A stretch of DNA of 64,000 bases from Methanothrix sp. (GCA_963682135.1 OY821645.1:768001-832000), one strand, 5' to 3'; positions 47,301 to 61,380 are shown, counted from the stretch's first letter. The notes: generated by a model not told the origin, from the letters alone. Program-made: numbers and translations.

Positions 47301-48605
47301 ATGGTATTAATGAGGTTAGGATCGTATTTTGTAATCTTGGCCCTCGTTCTCGCTGTATTATTATCGGGATGCACCGAGAAGGTTGAAGATAAGGGCAGTG
47401 TAGCGACGAAGGGAGCAACAAACAATAGTGTCGAAAGTGGTGCCACTCCAACTGAAGGAAACATCAATATCGGAGTGCTGCAATCTCTAACCGGCGATCT
47501 GGGAGCTTATGGCGGACCTATGAGCGATGGCATGAAGCTGGCTGCCAAGCAGATCAACGAAAACGGCGGACTCCTGGGAAAGAAGCTGGTACTTCTGGTT
47601 GAGGATGATCAGACCAACAACGTGGCAGCCGCCGATGCAGCCAATAAGCTGGTCAAGGTAGATAGAGTTCCTGCTATCATAGGCGATACCGGCAGCGGAC
47701 AGAGCATGTCCATAATCGATATCACTACTGGAAATGGCGTGCTTCAGATCTCATCATCCAACACAGGCACGGAATTTACGACTTATAATGATAGCGATCT
47801 CTATTTCAGAACTGCGCCATCGGATACCCTGCAGGGCAGCGCAATGGCTAATTTGGCCAAGGAGCGGGGCTACAAGACTGTTTCAACCATCGTCATCAAC
47901 AATCCCTATGGAGTAGGATTTGAGGAGGTCTTTGTAAAGGCCTTTGAAGCCAATGGCGGAAAGGTGCTGGAGAAGATCAGATATGATCCGTCCCAAAGCA
48001 TCTTTGATTCCGAGGTGCAGAAGGTCGCGGCCAGCAAACCGGAGTTTGTGATGATGGTCTCCTATCCTGAGACGGGTAGCCTTATCCTCAGGACTGCTTA
48101 TGAGAAAGGAGCATTGACCGGCACTACATGGCTGCTCTCTGAAGGCCTGAAGTCCGACAATCTGGCAGAGCTTGCCGGGAAGAACGCCACCGGCGGATAT
48201 ATTGTGGCCGGGCTGCAAGGACTGGCTCCGGACGAGAATGCAGGCGGGAAAGCTTATGATGCATTCCGGTCTCTCTACAAGGCAGAGTACGGCAAGGAGC
48301 CGGGAATCTACTGCACCAACAGTTATGATGCCCTAGCTGTAGTGGCACTGGCCATTGAGCAGGCAAAGAATGCTACCGGAAGGTCCATAGCCGATAACAT
48401 GAGATCGGTAGCCAATCCGCCAGGAGTCGAGGTCTCGGATCTTAAAGAGGCTCTGAACCTGGTAAGAGAAGGCAAAGACATCAATTACCAAGGCACTTCG
48501 GGCAATATAACCTTTGATGAAAATGGAGATGTAAGCGGATCGTATACCGTTTGGACCATTGCTCAGAACGGAAGCATAGTCCAGGGCGAAAAGATCGCAG
48601 CTTGA
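47301..48605 (+). CDS. livK: Liv-type ABC substrate-binding lipoprotein
   Basis: Lipobox LLSGC; IG.L.SLTG, EDDQT, FRTAPSD, YDA, G.SGNITFDENGD. Confidence 0.9.
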   Translation: MVLMRLGSYFVILALVLAVLLSGCTEKVEDKGSVATKGATNNSVESGATPTEGNINIGVLQSLTGDLGAYGGPMSDGMKLAAKQINENGGLLGKKLVLLVEDDQTNNVAAADAANKLVKVDRVPAIIGDTGSGQSMSIIDITTGNGVLQISSSNTGTEFTTYNDSDLYFRTAPSDTLQGSAMANLAKERGYKTVSTIVINNPYGVGFEEVFVKAFEANGGKVLEKIRYDPSQSIFDSEVQKVAASKPEFVMMVSYPETGSLILRTAYEKGALTGTTWLLSEGLKSDNLAELAGKNATGGYIVAGLQGLAPDENAGGKAYDAFRSLYKAEYGKEPGIYCTNSYDALAVVALAIEQAKNATGRSIADNMRSVANPPGVEVSDLKEALNLVREGKDINYQGTSGNITFDENGDVSGSYTVWTIAQNGSIVQGEKIAA

Positions 48606-48618
48606 TCTCAGAAGAGCC

Positions 48619-48634
48619 TTTTTTTCTATTTTTT
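48619..48634 (+). terminator. Oligo-T terminator after livK
   Basis: tttttttctatttttt shortly after the stop codon. Confidence 0.5.
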
Positions 48635-48904
48635 AATTATTCTTTATCGCTTCGGGAGCGAGAGTTGAGGTTACCTGATTCAAAGTCCACATGGAGCGGC
48701 TCGCTCCCATGAGGCAGATTGCAGGACAGGATGCGATAGCTATGGAAAGCCTTTTATGTCCCTATTCCATCACAATAATTTTGCGCAGATCTATAATCAT
48801 GAGATGCGCAGGTTGGAAAACTGCAGTCATTGGATTGTGATGCTGCGCGACAAGCCTCAAATAAATAAAGATGCTCGGCACCAATATATCTTTGAAGGGA
48901 GAAG

Positions 48905-49744
48905 ATGGAGATAATCCAAAGCAACGGACCTTCCGTAAAATTGGGTCCGGAAGGGGAATTGCCATGCATTTTAGTCTATTCGTCCTATGCTCATGTTGGG
49001 CATATTAAGTACACATTAGACTACATAGAGGAATACCTTGAGAATAGCGGATTTCGTATTGTATATTTGAAAGATGAGGCAAAAGATCTCAGCATCTATT
49101 CTGATGAATTCTTGAGGGCTGCCAAGGATTGCGTTTTGGGAGTCGTTATACTGGATGGCTTCAGGCCTAACGTTCTCTTTGAGTTTGGAGTTTTAATGGG
49201 CCTGGAAAAACCAGTTGTCTTATTAAAAGATAAAGATGCGGAAATAAACATCAAAACATTATATGGCAACATCAGCGGTCAGAATTGCAAGATGAAAACA
49301 GGCTTATCTGCTTCAAACTTTAAAAACTTAAAAAATCCGCAGATAGAAATAGTCTCATGCAATCAATTCTCTGATCTCTCGATGAAGATATCTGAATATG
49401 ATCGTGAAGCATCAAAGAATGAAGAGAAGCATATCTCCAAGTTATTGGGCAGCAATATCGACAAGATCAGGGCAGAAATAGAAAGAGAGGGTGAAAAGTT
49501 ATTGCGCGGGAAAGCGCCTGCATCAATGTCTGATACATTTGTTGAGAGCTATCAGGAATATGTGGCAAGGCTTTACAGTCTTGCTCTAAGCTCCAGTTAT
49601 CAGGAAGATGATGTCGATGCCATCTATCTGGATTTCAAGAATCTTGAGGCTGAATCTGGCAAGAAAATGCCATCTAGGATTTTCAGCCAGATAGCTTCAT
49701 TATTTAAAACTGCTGCGGAGAGAGCTGAGAAGAATGACAATTAA
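48905..49744 (+). CDS. TIR/nucleoside-2-deoxyribosyltransferase-like domain protein
   Basis: LGVVILDGFRPNVLFEFGVLMGLEKPVVLL, the NV.FE.G...G..KP signature of the TIR/NDT-like fold with the putative catalytic Glu. Confidence 0.7.
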   Translation: MEIIQSNGPSVKLGPEGELPCILVYSSYAHVGHIKYTLDYIEEYLENSGFRIVYLKDEAKDLSIYSDEFLRAAKDCVLGVVILDGFRPNVLFEFGVLMGLEKPVVLLKDKDAEINIKTLYGNISGQNCKMKTGLSASNFKNLKNPQIEIVSCNQFSDLSMKISEYDREASKNEEKHISKLLGSNIDKIRAEIEREGEKLLRGKAPASMSDTFVESYQEYVARLYSLALSSSYQEDDVDAIYLDFKNLEAESGKKMPSRIFSQIASLFKTAAERAEKNDN

Positions 49745-51848
49745 AAGAGCGTACGCCATTGAAAAGACTATAAATGCGTACAGCATGGCTCTCCAAAATG
49801 AGCAAGACCTAATAGAAAAAGCCCGTATCCAGGAAAAAATCGCAGACAATTATTATGAGCTTTCCCTTGTCAAGATTGAAGATCGAAGATCCTGTCTACT
49901 AGAATCCATAGAGGCCTATCAGGAGGCTCTCGAGATCAGAACCCCGGATAGTTTCCCGAGAGATTATGCCAGAATACAAAACAATTTTGGGGCTATATAT
50001 CATACTCTGGCCCAGGTCGAGGACAAGGCCAAGAATTGCCATGAGGCTATCAAGGCCTACCAGGAGGCCCTAAAGATCCGCACTCTAGATGATTTCCCAT
50101 TGGATTATGCCAGGACGCAAAACAATCTCGGTAATGCATACGGCACTCTGGCCCAGGTCGAGGACAAGGCCAAGAATTGCAATGAGGCTATCAAGGCCTG
50201 CCAAGAGGCTCTAAAGATCCGCACTCTCGATGATTTCCCATTGGATTATGCCAGGACGCAAAGCAATCTCGGTAATGCATACGGCACTCTGGCCCAGGTC
50301 GAGGACAAGGCCAAAAACTGCCAAAAGGCTATCAAGGCCTACCAGGAGGCTCTAAAGATCCGCACTCTCGATGATTTCCCATTGGATTATGCCAGGACGC
50401 AAAGCAATCTCGGTAATGCATATCATACTCTGGCCCAGGTCGAGGACAAAGCCAAAAACTGCCAAAAGGCTATAGAGGCCTACCAGGAGGCTCTAAAGAT
50501 TCGCACTCTCGACGATTTCCCATTGGATTATGCCAGGACGCAAGACAATCTCGGTAATGCATACGGCACTCTGGCCCAGGTCGAGGACAAAGCCAAGAAT
50601 TGCCAAGAGGCTATCAAGGCCTGCCAGGAGGCTCTAAAGATCCGCATTCTCGATGATTTCCCATTGGATTATGCCAGGACGCAAAGCAATCTCGGTAATG
50701 CATACGGCACTCTGGCCCAGGTCGAGGACAAAGCCAAGAATTGCCAAGAGGCTATCAAGGCCTGCCAGGAGGCTCTAAAGATCCGCACTCTCGATGATTT
50801 CCCATTGGATTATGCCAGGACGCAAAGCAATCTCGGTAATGCATATCATACTCTGGCCCAGGTCGAGGACAAAGCTAAAAACTGCCAAAAGGCGATAGAG
50901 GCCTACCAGAAGGCTCTAAAGATTCGCACTCTCGACGATTTCCCATTGGATTATGCCAGGACGCAAGACAATCTCGGTAATGCATACGGCACTCTGGCCC
51001 AGGTCGAGGACAAAGCCAAAAACTCCCAAAAGGCTATCAAGGCCTGCCAGGAGGCTCTAAAGATCCGCACTCTCGACGATTTCCCATTGGATTATGCCAG
51101 GACGCAAAGCAATCTCGGCAATGTATACGTCACTCTGGCCCAGGTCGAGGACAAAGCCAAAAACTCCCAAAAGGCTATCAAGGCCTACCAGGAGGCTCTA
51201 AAGATCCGCACTCTCGATGATTTCCCATTGGATTATGCCAGGACGCAAAGCAATCTCGGTAATGCATACGTCACTCTGGCCCAGATCGAGGACAAAGCCA
51301 AAAACTGCCAAAAGGCTATCAAGGCCTACCAGGAGGCTCTAAAGATCCGCACTCTCGATGATTTCCCATTGGATTATGCCAGGACGCAAAGCAATCTCGG
51401 CAACGCATATCATACTCTGGCCCAGGTCGAGGACAAAGCCAAAAACTGCCAAAAGGCTATCAAGGCCTACCAGGAGGCTCTAAAGATCCGCACTCTTGAC
51501 GATTTCCCATTGGATTATGCCAGGACGCAAGACCATCTCGGTAATGCATACGGAACACTAGCCGAGGTCGAGGACAAGGCCAAGAATTGTCAAGAAGCTA
51601 TCAAGGCCTATCAGGAAGCACTCAAGATTCGCACTCTCGACGATTTCCCCATAGATTATGCAGAGACACAGACCATTCTTGGATCTGTGTACAAAACTCT
51701 GGCTGAAGCTGAAAACAAGATGGATAATTTCAGGAGAGCCAAGCAGGCATATGTGCAAGCGATTGAGACCTTGACTAAGCTGGAATTGCCAGAGATTAAA
51801 AAGTCGGTTGAAGATAAGCTATCCGAATTGGATTTTATCTGCCGCTAG
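49734..51848 (+). CDS. TPR-like protein with 12 near-identical 47-aa repeats
   Basis: Unit YARTQ[S/N/D]NLGNAY[G/H/V]TLAQVEDKAKNCQ[K/E]AIKA[Y/C]QEALKIRTLDDFPLD; 77-aa N-cap and 63-aa C-cap. Confidence 0.92.
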   Translation: MTIKRAYAIEKTINAYSMALQNEQDLIEKARIQEKIADNYYELSLVKIEDRRSCLLESIEAYQEALEIRTPDSFPRDYARIQNNFGAIYHTLAQVEDKAKNCHEAIKAYQEALKIRTLDDFPLDYARTQNNLGNAYGTLAQVEDKAKNCNEAIKACQEALKIRTLDDFPLDYARTQSNLGNAYGTLAQVEDKAKNCQKAIKAYQEALKIRTLDDFPLDYARTQSNLGNAYHTLAQVEDKAKNCQKAIEAYQEALKIRTLDDFPLDYARTQDNLGNAYGTLAQVEDKAKNCQEAIKACQEALKIRILDDFPLDYARTQSNLGNAYGTLAQVEDKAKNCQEAIKACQEALKIRTLDDFPLDYARTQSNLGNAYHTLAQVEDKAKNCQKAIEAYQKALKIRTLDDFPLDYARTQDNLGNAYGTLAQVEDKAKNSQKAIKACQEALKIRTLDDFPLDYARTQSNLGNVYVTLAQVEDKAKNSQKAIKAYQEALKIRTLDDFPLDYARTQSNLGNAYVTLAQIEDKAKNCQKAIKAYQEALKIRTLDDFPLDYARTQSNLGNAYHTLAQVEDKAKNCQKAIKAYQEALKIRTLDDFPLDYARTQDHLGNAYGTLAEVEDKAKNCQEAIKAYQEALKIRTLDDFPIDYAETQTILGSVYKTLAEAENKMDNFRRAKQAYVQAIETLTKLELPEIKKSVEDKLSELDFICR
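49965..51656 (+). repeat. Coding tandem repeat, 12 x 141 bp
   Basis: Near-identical DNA units (e.g. ggattatgccaggacgcaa recurring every 141 bp). Confidence 0.95.
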
Positions 51849-51878
51849 AAGAAGCTTTATCAGATGATCCAAACAGAT

Positions 51879-53039
51879 TTACCCCCTCATCAGATTCACA
51901 GCCAGATCAAGCACGGTCCTGGGCCGGGAGAGGAGGACGACGCTGGCGGCGTAGGCAGCCTTTTGTGCAAATGAGCCATCAGAGATGAGCCTTTTTCCAG
52001 ATAGACCGTGAACAAGCTTATCGATCTCTGCATCTTTCATCATGGAGAGGGTCTGCAGAGATGCTCTGCCCATGCGGTACTGCCAGTAGAACTCCCTCTT
52101 CCAGAGCTGCTCATACCTGGAAAGAGCTTGACGGGATACGTCCCCTGCCAGGGCCGCCTCTCCTGCCACACTGCCGCAGATGGTGCCGGCCCGCATGCTG
52201 TAGGCAAGACCGCTCTGCCCGGCAGCCCCTCCCGTAACCATCAGGGAGTCGGCAACAATCTCGCCAGGCAGAACGCAGATCGGATCGCCACCTCGCCGCA
52301 CTGATAGTATCTTCATCTTCTCAATATCTCTGTACTGCGAGGCTTTGCAGGCCTTGAAGAGCTTCAAGAAATTGCGGAAATAGGGCTGGACATTCTGGCC
52401 GTGGCCGCGTACAAAGACGCCCAGTGTGGCCCGATCACCACCAGCAGGCGAGAAGGTGGCCTTCCAGCCGGGCGCCATGCTGCCGATCCAGTATTGAAAG
52501 AACATCTCCTCGCCAAGGCCCGGATGCTCAATATCGGCTTCCATGGCCCAGGCGATATCTTCAGGGTGGCGCATTGCCTTCAAACCCGCCTGCCCGACCA
52601 GGCCGGATGAGACTCCAGAGGCGTCCACCACAACCCTGGCCTCAATCTCGTCCTCATTGAGTGATACAGTTCTGCGGCTGCCTTGCAGCCTGCATTTCCT
52701 AGCGGCTGCGGCTAGCAGAGTAACACCGCAGCTTTGCGCGAGGCGCAGGTAGTGCTCATCGAATCTCTTTCGGTCAATAAAATAGCCTTTGGCGGGGATT
52801 GTAGCGCCCTGGCCGGAAGGAGAGAGAATGCGCATGCCTTCCAGCTCTTTCATCAGGTAGCAGTCTTCCACCTTGACTCCAGAGGTCGCGGCCATTCCTT
52901 CAAAGAGGGTGTTTGCGGTGTGATCCAGCCCGGCCAGATCTCTGTCTACTAATATTACCCCGGCTCCGCCTCTTGCGGCAGAGATTGCAGCCATCAGGCC
53001 GGCGGGCGAAGCGCCCGCTACCAGAACATCGCACTTCAC
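51879..53039 (-). CDS. Geranylgeranyl reductase-like FAD-dependent oxidoreductase
   Basis: DVLVAGASPAGL, IDRKRFD, VVDASG, APGW...F, G.AAG....G...SM.AG. Confidence 0.82.
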   Translation of the reverse strand: MKCDVLVAGASPAGLMAAISAARGGAGVILVDRDLAGLDHTANTLFEGMAATSGVKVEDCYLMKELEGMRILSPSGQGATIPAKGYFIDRKRFDEHYLRLAQSCGVTLLAAAARKCRLQGSRRTVSLNEDEIEARVVVDASGVSSGLVGQAGLKAMRHPEDIAWAMEADIEHPGLGEEMFFQYWIGSMAPGWKATFSPAGGDRATLGVFVRGHGQNVQPYFRNFLKLFKACKASQYRDIEKMKILSVRRGGDPICVLPGEIVADSLMVTGGAAGQSGLAYSMRAGTICGSVAGEAALAGDVSRQALSRYEQLWKREFYWQYRMGRASLQTLSMMKDAEIDKLVHGLSGKRLISDGSFAQKAAYAASVVLLSRPRTVLDLAVNLMRG

Positions 53040-53334
53040 GAGAACGATAATGGCGGGGGGATGAGATTAAGTTTTCCGGAGAACCGAGATGATGGGACAG
53101 GTAATAGCTCAGCAAAATCAATGCTCCTTAGCCTTCACTATCAAATTAATTCTGCCAGATGAGAATTCAGGCCGGCACGCCAGCTCTATGCATCTTGACC
53201 TTTAAGCGCGCACATCAGCCCTACCGACCCAGCAACATGGCTAAGTTGAATCAATATAATTGTATTTGGGTGGCTCTATCTTCCGTTAGTCATAAGTATA
53301 TCGATCAATCATTTATAACAAGAGGTAGCTTCAC

Positions 53335-53778
53335 TTTGAAGAATTTGGCTGGCGCGGATACGCTCTGGACCGGCTGCAACTCCGGTGGAGCGCATTGGCC
53401 TCCAGCCTTATTTTGGGGGCTATTTGGGCATTGTGGCACCTGCCCATCTTCTTTATCCCAGGTACCTATCAGTATAGTCTTGGTGTCGGATCACTGGCTT
53501 TCTGGACGTACATGATAAGCATCATTCCCTTGACGATTTTATTCACGTGGGTCTTCAACAACACGTTCAGCAGCACATTAGCAGCAATATTGCTGCATAT
53601 TGTATTCGATATCACAGCGGAGGTATTCTCAGTAACAGAACAAGGATATACCTATTTTATTTTGTTGATGATTGTGGCATCGATTGTCATTGTCATAAAA
53701 TGGGGGGCAAAGACAATGAAGGTTCAGGATCATGATAATTTCCCTCAGCCTCTCTATACCCAAAATCGTGCTGAATGA
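53335..53778 (+). pseudogene. 5'-truncated CPBP/Abi intramembrane metalloprotease
   Basis: FEEFGWRGYALDRLQ...GAIWALWHLP...AILLH; N-terminal TMs absent. Confidence 0.7.
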
Positions 53779-54003
53779 AAGGTATATCATCCTTTAAAAC
53801 ATCATTTTTAATTGGGCTATAAAGCGCTACGATGCGGATGAATCCAAGAACGCGATGGTACAAATGAATCCCTGATCTCAGATGAATATTCTGAGAAAGA
53901 GAGGAAGGCGCGAAGCAGCATGGCAGTTATCTACATCTTGGCCTAACAAGGCATATTGACGCCAGATCGACGATTGCCGCACGCGTGGACTCGCGCCCGC
54001 GTG

Positions 54004-54027
54004 TGGGGGCCCGGCTGCGCTCGTGGG
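54004..54027 (+). repeat. GC-rich direct repeat, copy 1 (interrupted downstream by IS630)
   Basis: tgggggcccggctgcgctcgtggg identical to 55873-55896. Confidence 0.85.
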
Positions 54028-54045
54028 CCTGGGCTGTGGGGCACG

Positions 54046-55305
54046 CTAGTGTTTAGCATCCAAAATAACATAGCAATATATTAATACTTGGAACTCAATC
54101 AGAGATCATGCCATTTGTGAGTAAGCGGCCTGCTCTGCAATTAACTGAAGAAGAGCTTGAGTGCCTTAATAAAGCTAGCAAGTCAAGAACGCTCCCTGAA
54201 AGAGCAGTAGATCATTCCAAAATCCTTCTTGAGTATTATGAGGGCAAATCAATTTCGCAAATTGCACGAGACTTAGAAACCAATCGGCCTAAAATTGAGC
54301 GTACGATTGACAAAGCCTTCGCCTATGGAATATATGCAGCATTGGAAGATCTTCCAAGAAGTGGCAGACCACGAAAAATATCCTCAGGCGCAAGAACATG
54401 GATTCTGTCTCTTGCTTGCTCAAAACCACTAGACCTTGGATATTCATATGAATTATGGACACAAAGTTTATTAGCAGAACATATTCGGAACCATTGTTTA
54501 AATAATGGGTTTCCAGAATTATCAAAGTTATCTCGCGGAACCGTCTCAAAAATACTTGGCGCTAGCAACGTAAAGCCTCATAAAATTTCATCATACCTTG
54601 CTCCAATCGATCCGGAATTTGAGCCGAAGAGCGTGGTTGTACTACATACCTACAAGCAGGTAGAATTGCTTCAACAGATGTCCAAAGAAAATAAGCCGCT
54701 CGACATGGTTATCATTTCATACGATGAGAAGCCAGGAATTCAAGCTATTGAAAATAAATATCCCGATTTAATGCCTGAGTCAGGTGAATATGCCACGCTT
54801 TCTCGCGACTATGAATATATAAGGCACGGAACAATATCCCTACTTGCAGGGATTGATCTCTTAACCGGGACTGTCCATTATAAGATATTCGACAGGCATA
54901 GAAGTAGGGAGTTCATTGAATTCTTAAAATGCGTCGATTCAGCCTATCTGAAAGATATAAAAATAATTATTATTCTTGATAATGTTCGCGTACACACATC
55001 TAAGGAAACCAGGAGATATCTCAAAACAGTTCCGCAACGCTTTCATTTTGTCTTTACACCAAAACATGCCTCATGGCTAAACATAATCGAGAGCCTATTC
55101 AGCAAAATGACTCGAAGCATGCTGAGAGGGATTCGTGTATCATCCAAAAAAGAGTTGAAAGATCGCATGAGTCAATATATAGACGACATGAATGAAACTC
55201 CAACAATATTTAAATGGAAGTACAAAATGGATAAAATGGCTGGCGGGATTGTTGCTGACAAGGACGGCGGAGTATTGATATGTTAATTTAGAACTGTAAT
55301 ACTAG
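54046..55305 (+). mobile_element. IS630 family insertion sequence
   Basis: CTAG at both ends (TA target); imperfect terminal IRs CTAGTgTTtAGcaTCcAAAaTAACATA / CTAGTaTTacAGtTCtAAAtTAACATA. Confidence 0.9.
54108..55286 (+). CDS. IS630 transposase
   Basis: HTH ...DLPRSGRP; YDEKPGIQA, EYIRHGT, ILDN...H, TPKHASWLNIIE DDE motifs. Confidence 0.95.
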   Translation: MPFVSKRPALQLTEEELECLNKASKSRTLPERAVDHSKILLEYYEGKSISQIARDLETNRPKIERTIDKAFAYGIYAALEDLPRSGRPRKISSGARTWILSLACSKPLDLGYSYELWTQSLLAEHIRNHCLNNGFPELSKLSRGTVSKILGASNVKPHKISSYLAPIDPEFEPKSVVVLHTYKQVELLQQMSKENKPLDMVIISYDEKPGIQAIENKYPDLMPESGEYATLSRDYEYIRHGTISLLAGIDLLTGTVHYKIFDRHRSREFIEFLKCVDSAYLKDIKIIIILDNVRVHTSKETRRYLKTVPQRFHFVFTPKHASWLNIIESLFSKMTRSMLRGIRVSSKKELKDRMSQYIDDMNETPTIFKWKYKMDKMAGGIVADKDGGVLIC

Positions 55306-55366
55306 CATGCGGCAAAGGGGGCGGGAGGATTATGGCGCTCGAAATTAGGATTAGCTTTATCAAGAA

Positions 55367-55618
55367 ATGTATTCAATTAGTATGCAAATGAAAACCCTAA
55401 TTCAAATCCACATGGAAGGGAAATACTTCGTGGCAATCGACTTGATAACAAATGTGGCAGATCAAGGATTGACCGAAAGTGAAGCGATCTCCAATCTGAA
55501 GAAGGGTCTTGAAGAGCACTACCAGGTTCTTTTAGAACTGGCACCCAAAGGAAGAAAACTCTCTTTCCTGGACATCGAGGTAGAAGCACTTGCCAAGGCT
55601 TCCGGCAATCTCGGCTAA
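55367..55618 (+). CDS. hicB: HicB-like antitoxin
   Basis: EGKYFVA......VADQG.T..EAI.NL..GLE.H; overlaps the hicA start. Confidence 0.8.
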   Translation: MYSISMQMKTLIQIHMEGKYFVAIDLITNVADQGLTESEAISNLKKGLEEHYQVLLELAPKGRKLSFLDIEVEALAKASGNLG

Positions 55619-55817
55619 AGCGGTCATCAAGGCTCTGGATAAGTTAGGATTTAAGATCTATCGCCAGACCGGAAGCCATATTCATCTCTGGAATGAAGAA
55701 AGGAATCTTGTCGTGACCGTGCCGAATCATCCAGAGCTGGCGAAAGGTACATTGATCTCGATTATGAAGCAAGCGAGGCTGGAGAGAGCGCAATTCATTG
55801 CGGCTCTAAAGGAATAG
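55590..55817 (+). CDS. hicA: HicA toxin
   Basis: LPAISAK.VIKAL.KLGF...RQTGSHI.L......VTVPNH.EL.KGTL.SI.KQA. Confidence 0.92.
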   Translation: MPRLPAISAKAVIKALDKLGFKIYRQTGSHIHLWNEERNLVVTVPNHPELAKGTLISIMKQARLERAQFIAALKE

Positions 55818-55872
55818 AACAGCAGGTCACGCATAGCCCCGGCTGCGGCCAACAGGGGCGCGCGTCCGTGCA

Positions 55873-55916
55873 TGGGGGCCCGGCTGCGCTCGTGGGGATG
55901 CTGCAAAGGGGGCTGA
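55873..55916 (+). repeat. GC-rich direct repeat, copy 2
   Basis: tgggggcccggctgcgctcgtggg...atgctgcaaagggggc; the latter part matches atgcggcaaagggggc right after the IS (from 55307). Confidence 0.8.
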
Positions 55917-56093
55917 GATAGCACGAATTTGCAGCAATCTTTTTGCTCCAGTCAAGGATCTGCAGCGATCTGCATCTTAGCCCTCTCGGGCGCCCACAGC
56001 CCCATCGAAAACCGTGCTGTATGGCTGATTTATATTGATACAATAGTAATTAGGAGCCCAAGCTCCAATTAAAGATACAAAAGAAATTTAGGT

Positions 56094-56220
56094 GAGCATA
56101 GCAGCGATCTGCATTTCCCGAGAGCTCGCGCATCTGAGTACAGTGCAGAACGTGGGCAGGCTTATCTTCTGAGTTCGGAATGGGTTCAGGAGTCTCCCTG
56201 TCGCTCTGGCCGCTATGCTC
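56094..56220 (-). rRNA. rrf: 5S rRNA
   Basis: Terminal helix gagcatagc/gctatgctc; conserved CCCATTCCGAACTCAGAAGATAAGC. Confidence 0.95.
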
Positions 56221-56332
56221 GAATCCATGGTCCGGATTCGAACCGGCAGTAATTGCTTCCCCGTTGGAAGCTTACCGTGGAGTAATGCACAATTTATGCT
56301 TTGCGACCAGATTTCGCCCGAGTTTAGCGGGG

Positions 56333-59226
<2,894 letters not shown>

Positions 59227-59352
59227 TATGCCCCACTAAACTCAGTGAGCGTCTGGTCGCAAAGCTTGTGCACAGCTTCACAGGACCGTCCCGTCAATGA
59301 ACGGACCTCTGCCCTTCCACATCGAGTCTGCCTCAATGTGTGCATATGAATT

Positions 59353-59425
59353 TGGACTTGCTGGGATTCGAACCCAGGGCCTCCGCCTTGCAAAGGCGGC
59401 GCTCTACCAGCTGAGCTACAAGCCC
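59353..59425 (-). tRNA. tRNA-Ala(TGC) in the 16S-23S spacer
   Basis: GGGCTTGTAGCTCAGCTGGTAGAGCGCCGCCTTTGCAAGGCGGAGGCCCTGGGTTCGAATCCCAGCAAGTCCA. Confidence 0.97.
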
Positions 59426-59551
59426 GGGTTATCATTGCCCAGCTAATAATCAGAATAGCTGGCTAATTTCTCTTGTTTGGTCTCGGTCGACATTTTCAGC
59501 TTCCAACTGGTTACGGGAGAGGTATGCTTTATAGGCATACCCAATAACTTT

Positions 59552-61022
<1,471 letters not shown>

Positions 61023-61380
61023 TCATATCCTTCTAGGAAGTTTTAAAACTCAATCATGTTATTCCGAAACCAGTCGGAATTGGCTGAGTCGCCAAGACCA
61101 ATGTCAGACACGAAAAATCTCGCGTCTCCATTTGTTTTAATCGCAACTTTTAGCTGCTCCTGCGATACAAGGCAGGTCTCGCTCTCTATTGCGACGCCTC
61201 ATCGGCCCATTAAGGTTGTCAGCCGAGGTATTTAAGCATTTCGCCCCACCCCGATTCACGAGAAGAAGAGAAAACCTCAGACATTCTTAAGGCCAATGTC
61301 GTACTTAGGCCCCATAATCATTATCTACAGGACCCTTGCCCCACCCTTTCAGGCGGGCCGAACTCATCCAATAACTCAGC

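Noticed and set aside
48654-48711. Short inverted repeats upstream of the TIR-like gene
   Set aside because: Only 9 bp and no evidence of function
49965-51656. 141-bp repeats as a CRISPR array or DGR template/variable repeats
   Set aside because: In-frame coding repeats without spacers; no reverse transcriptase in the window
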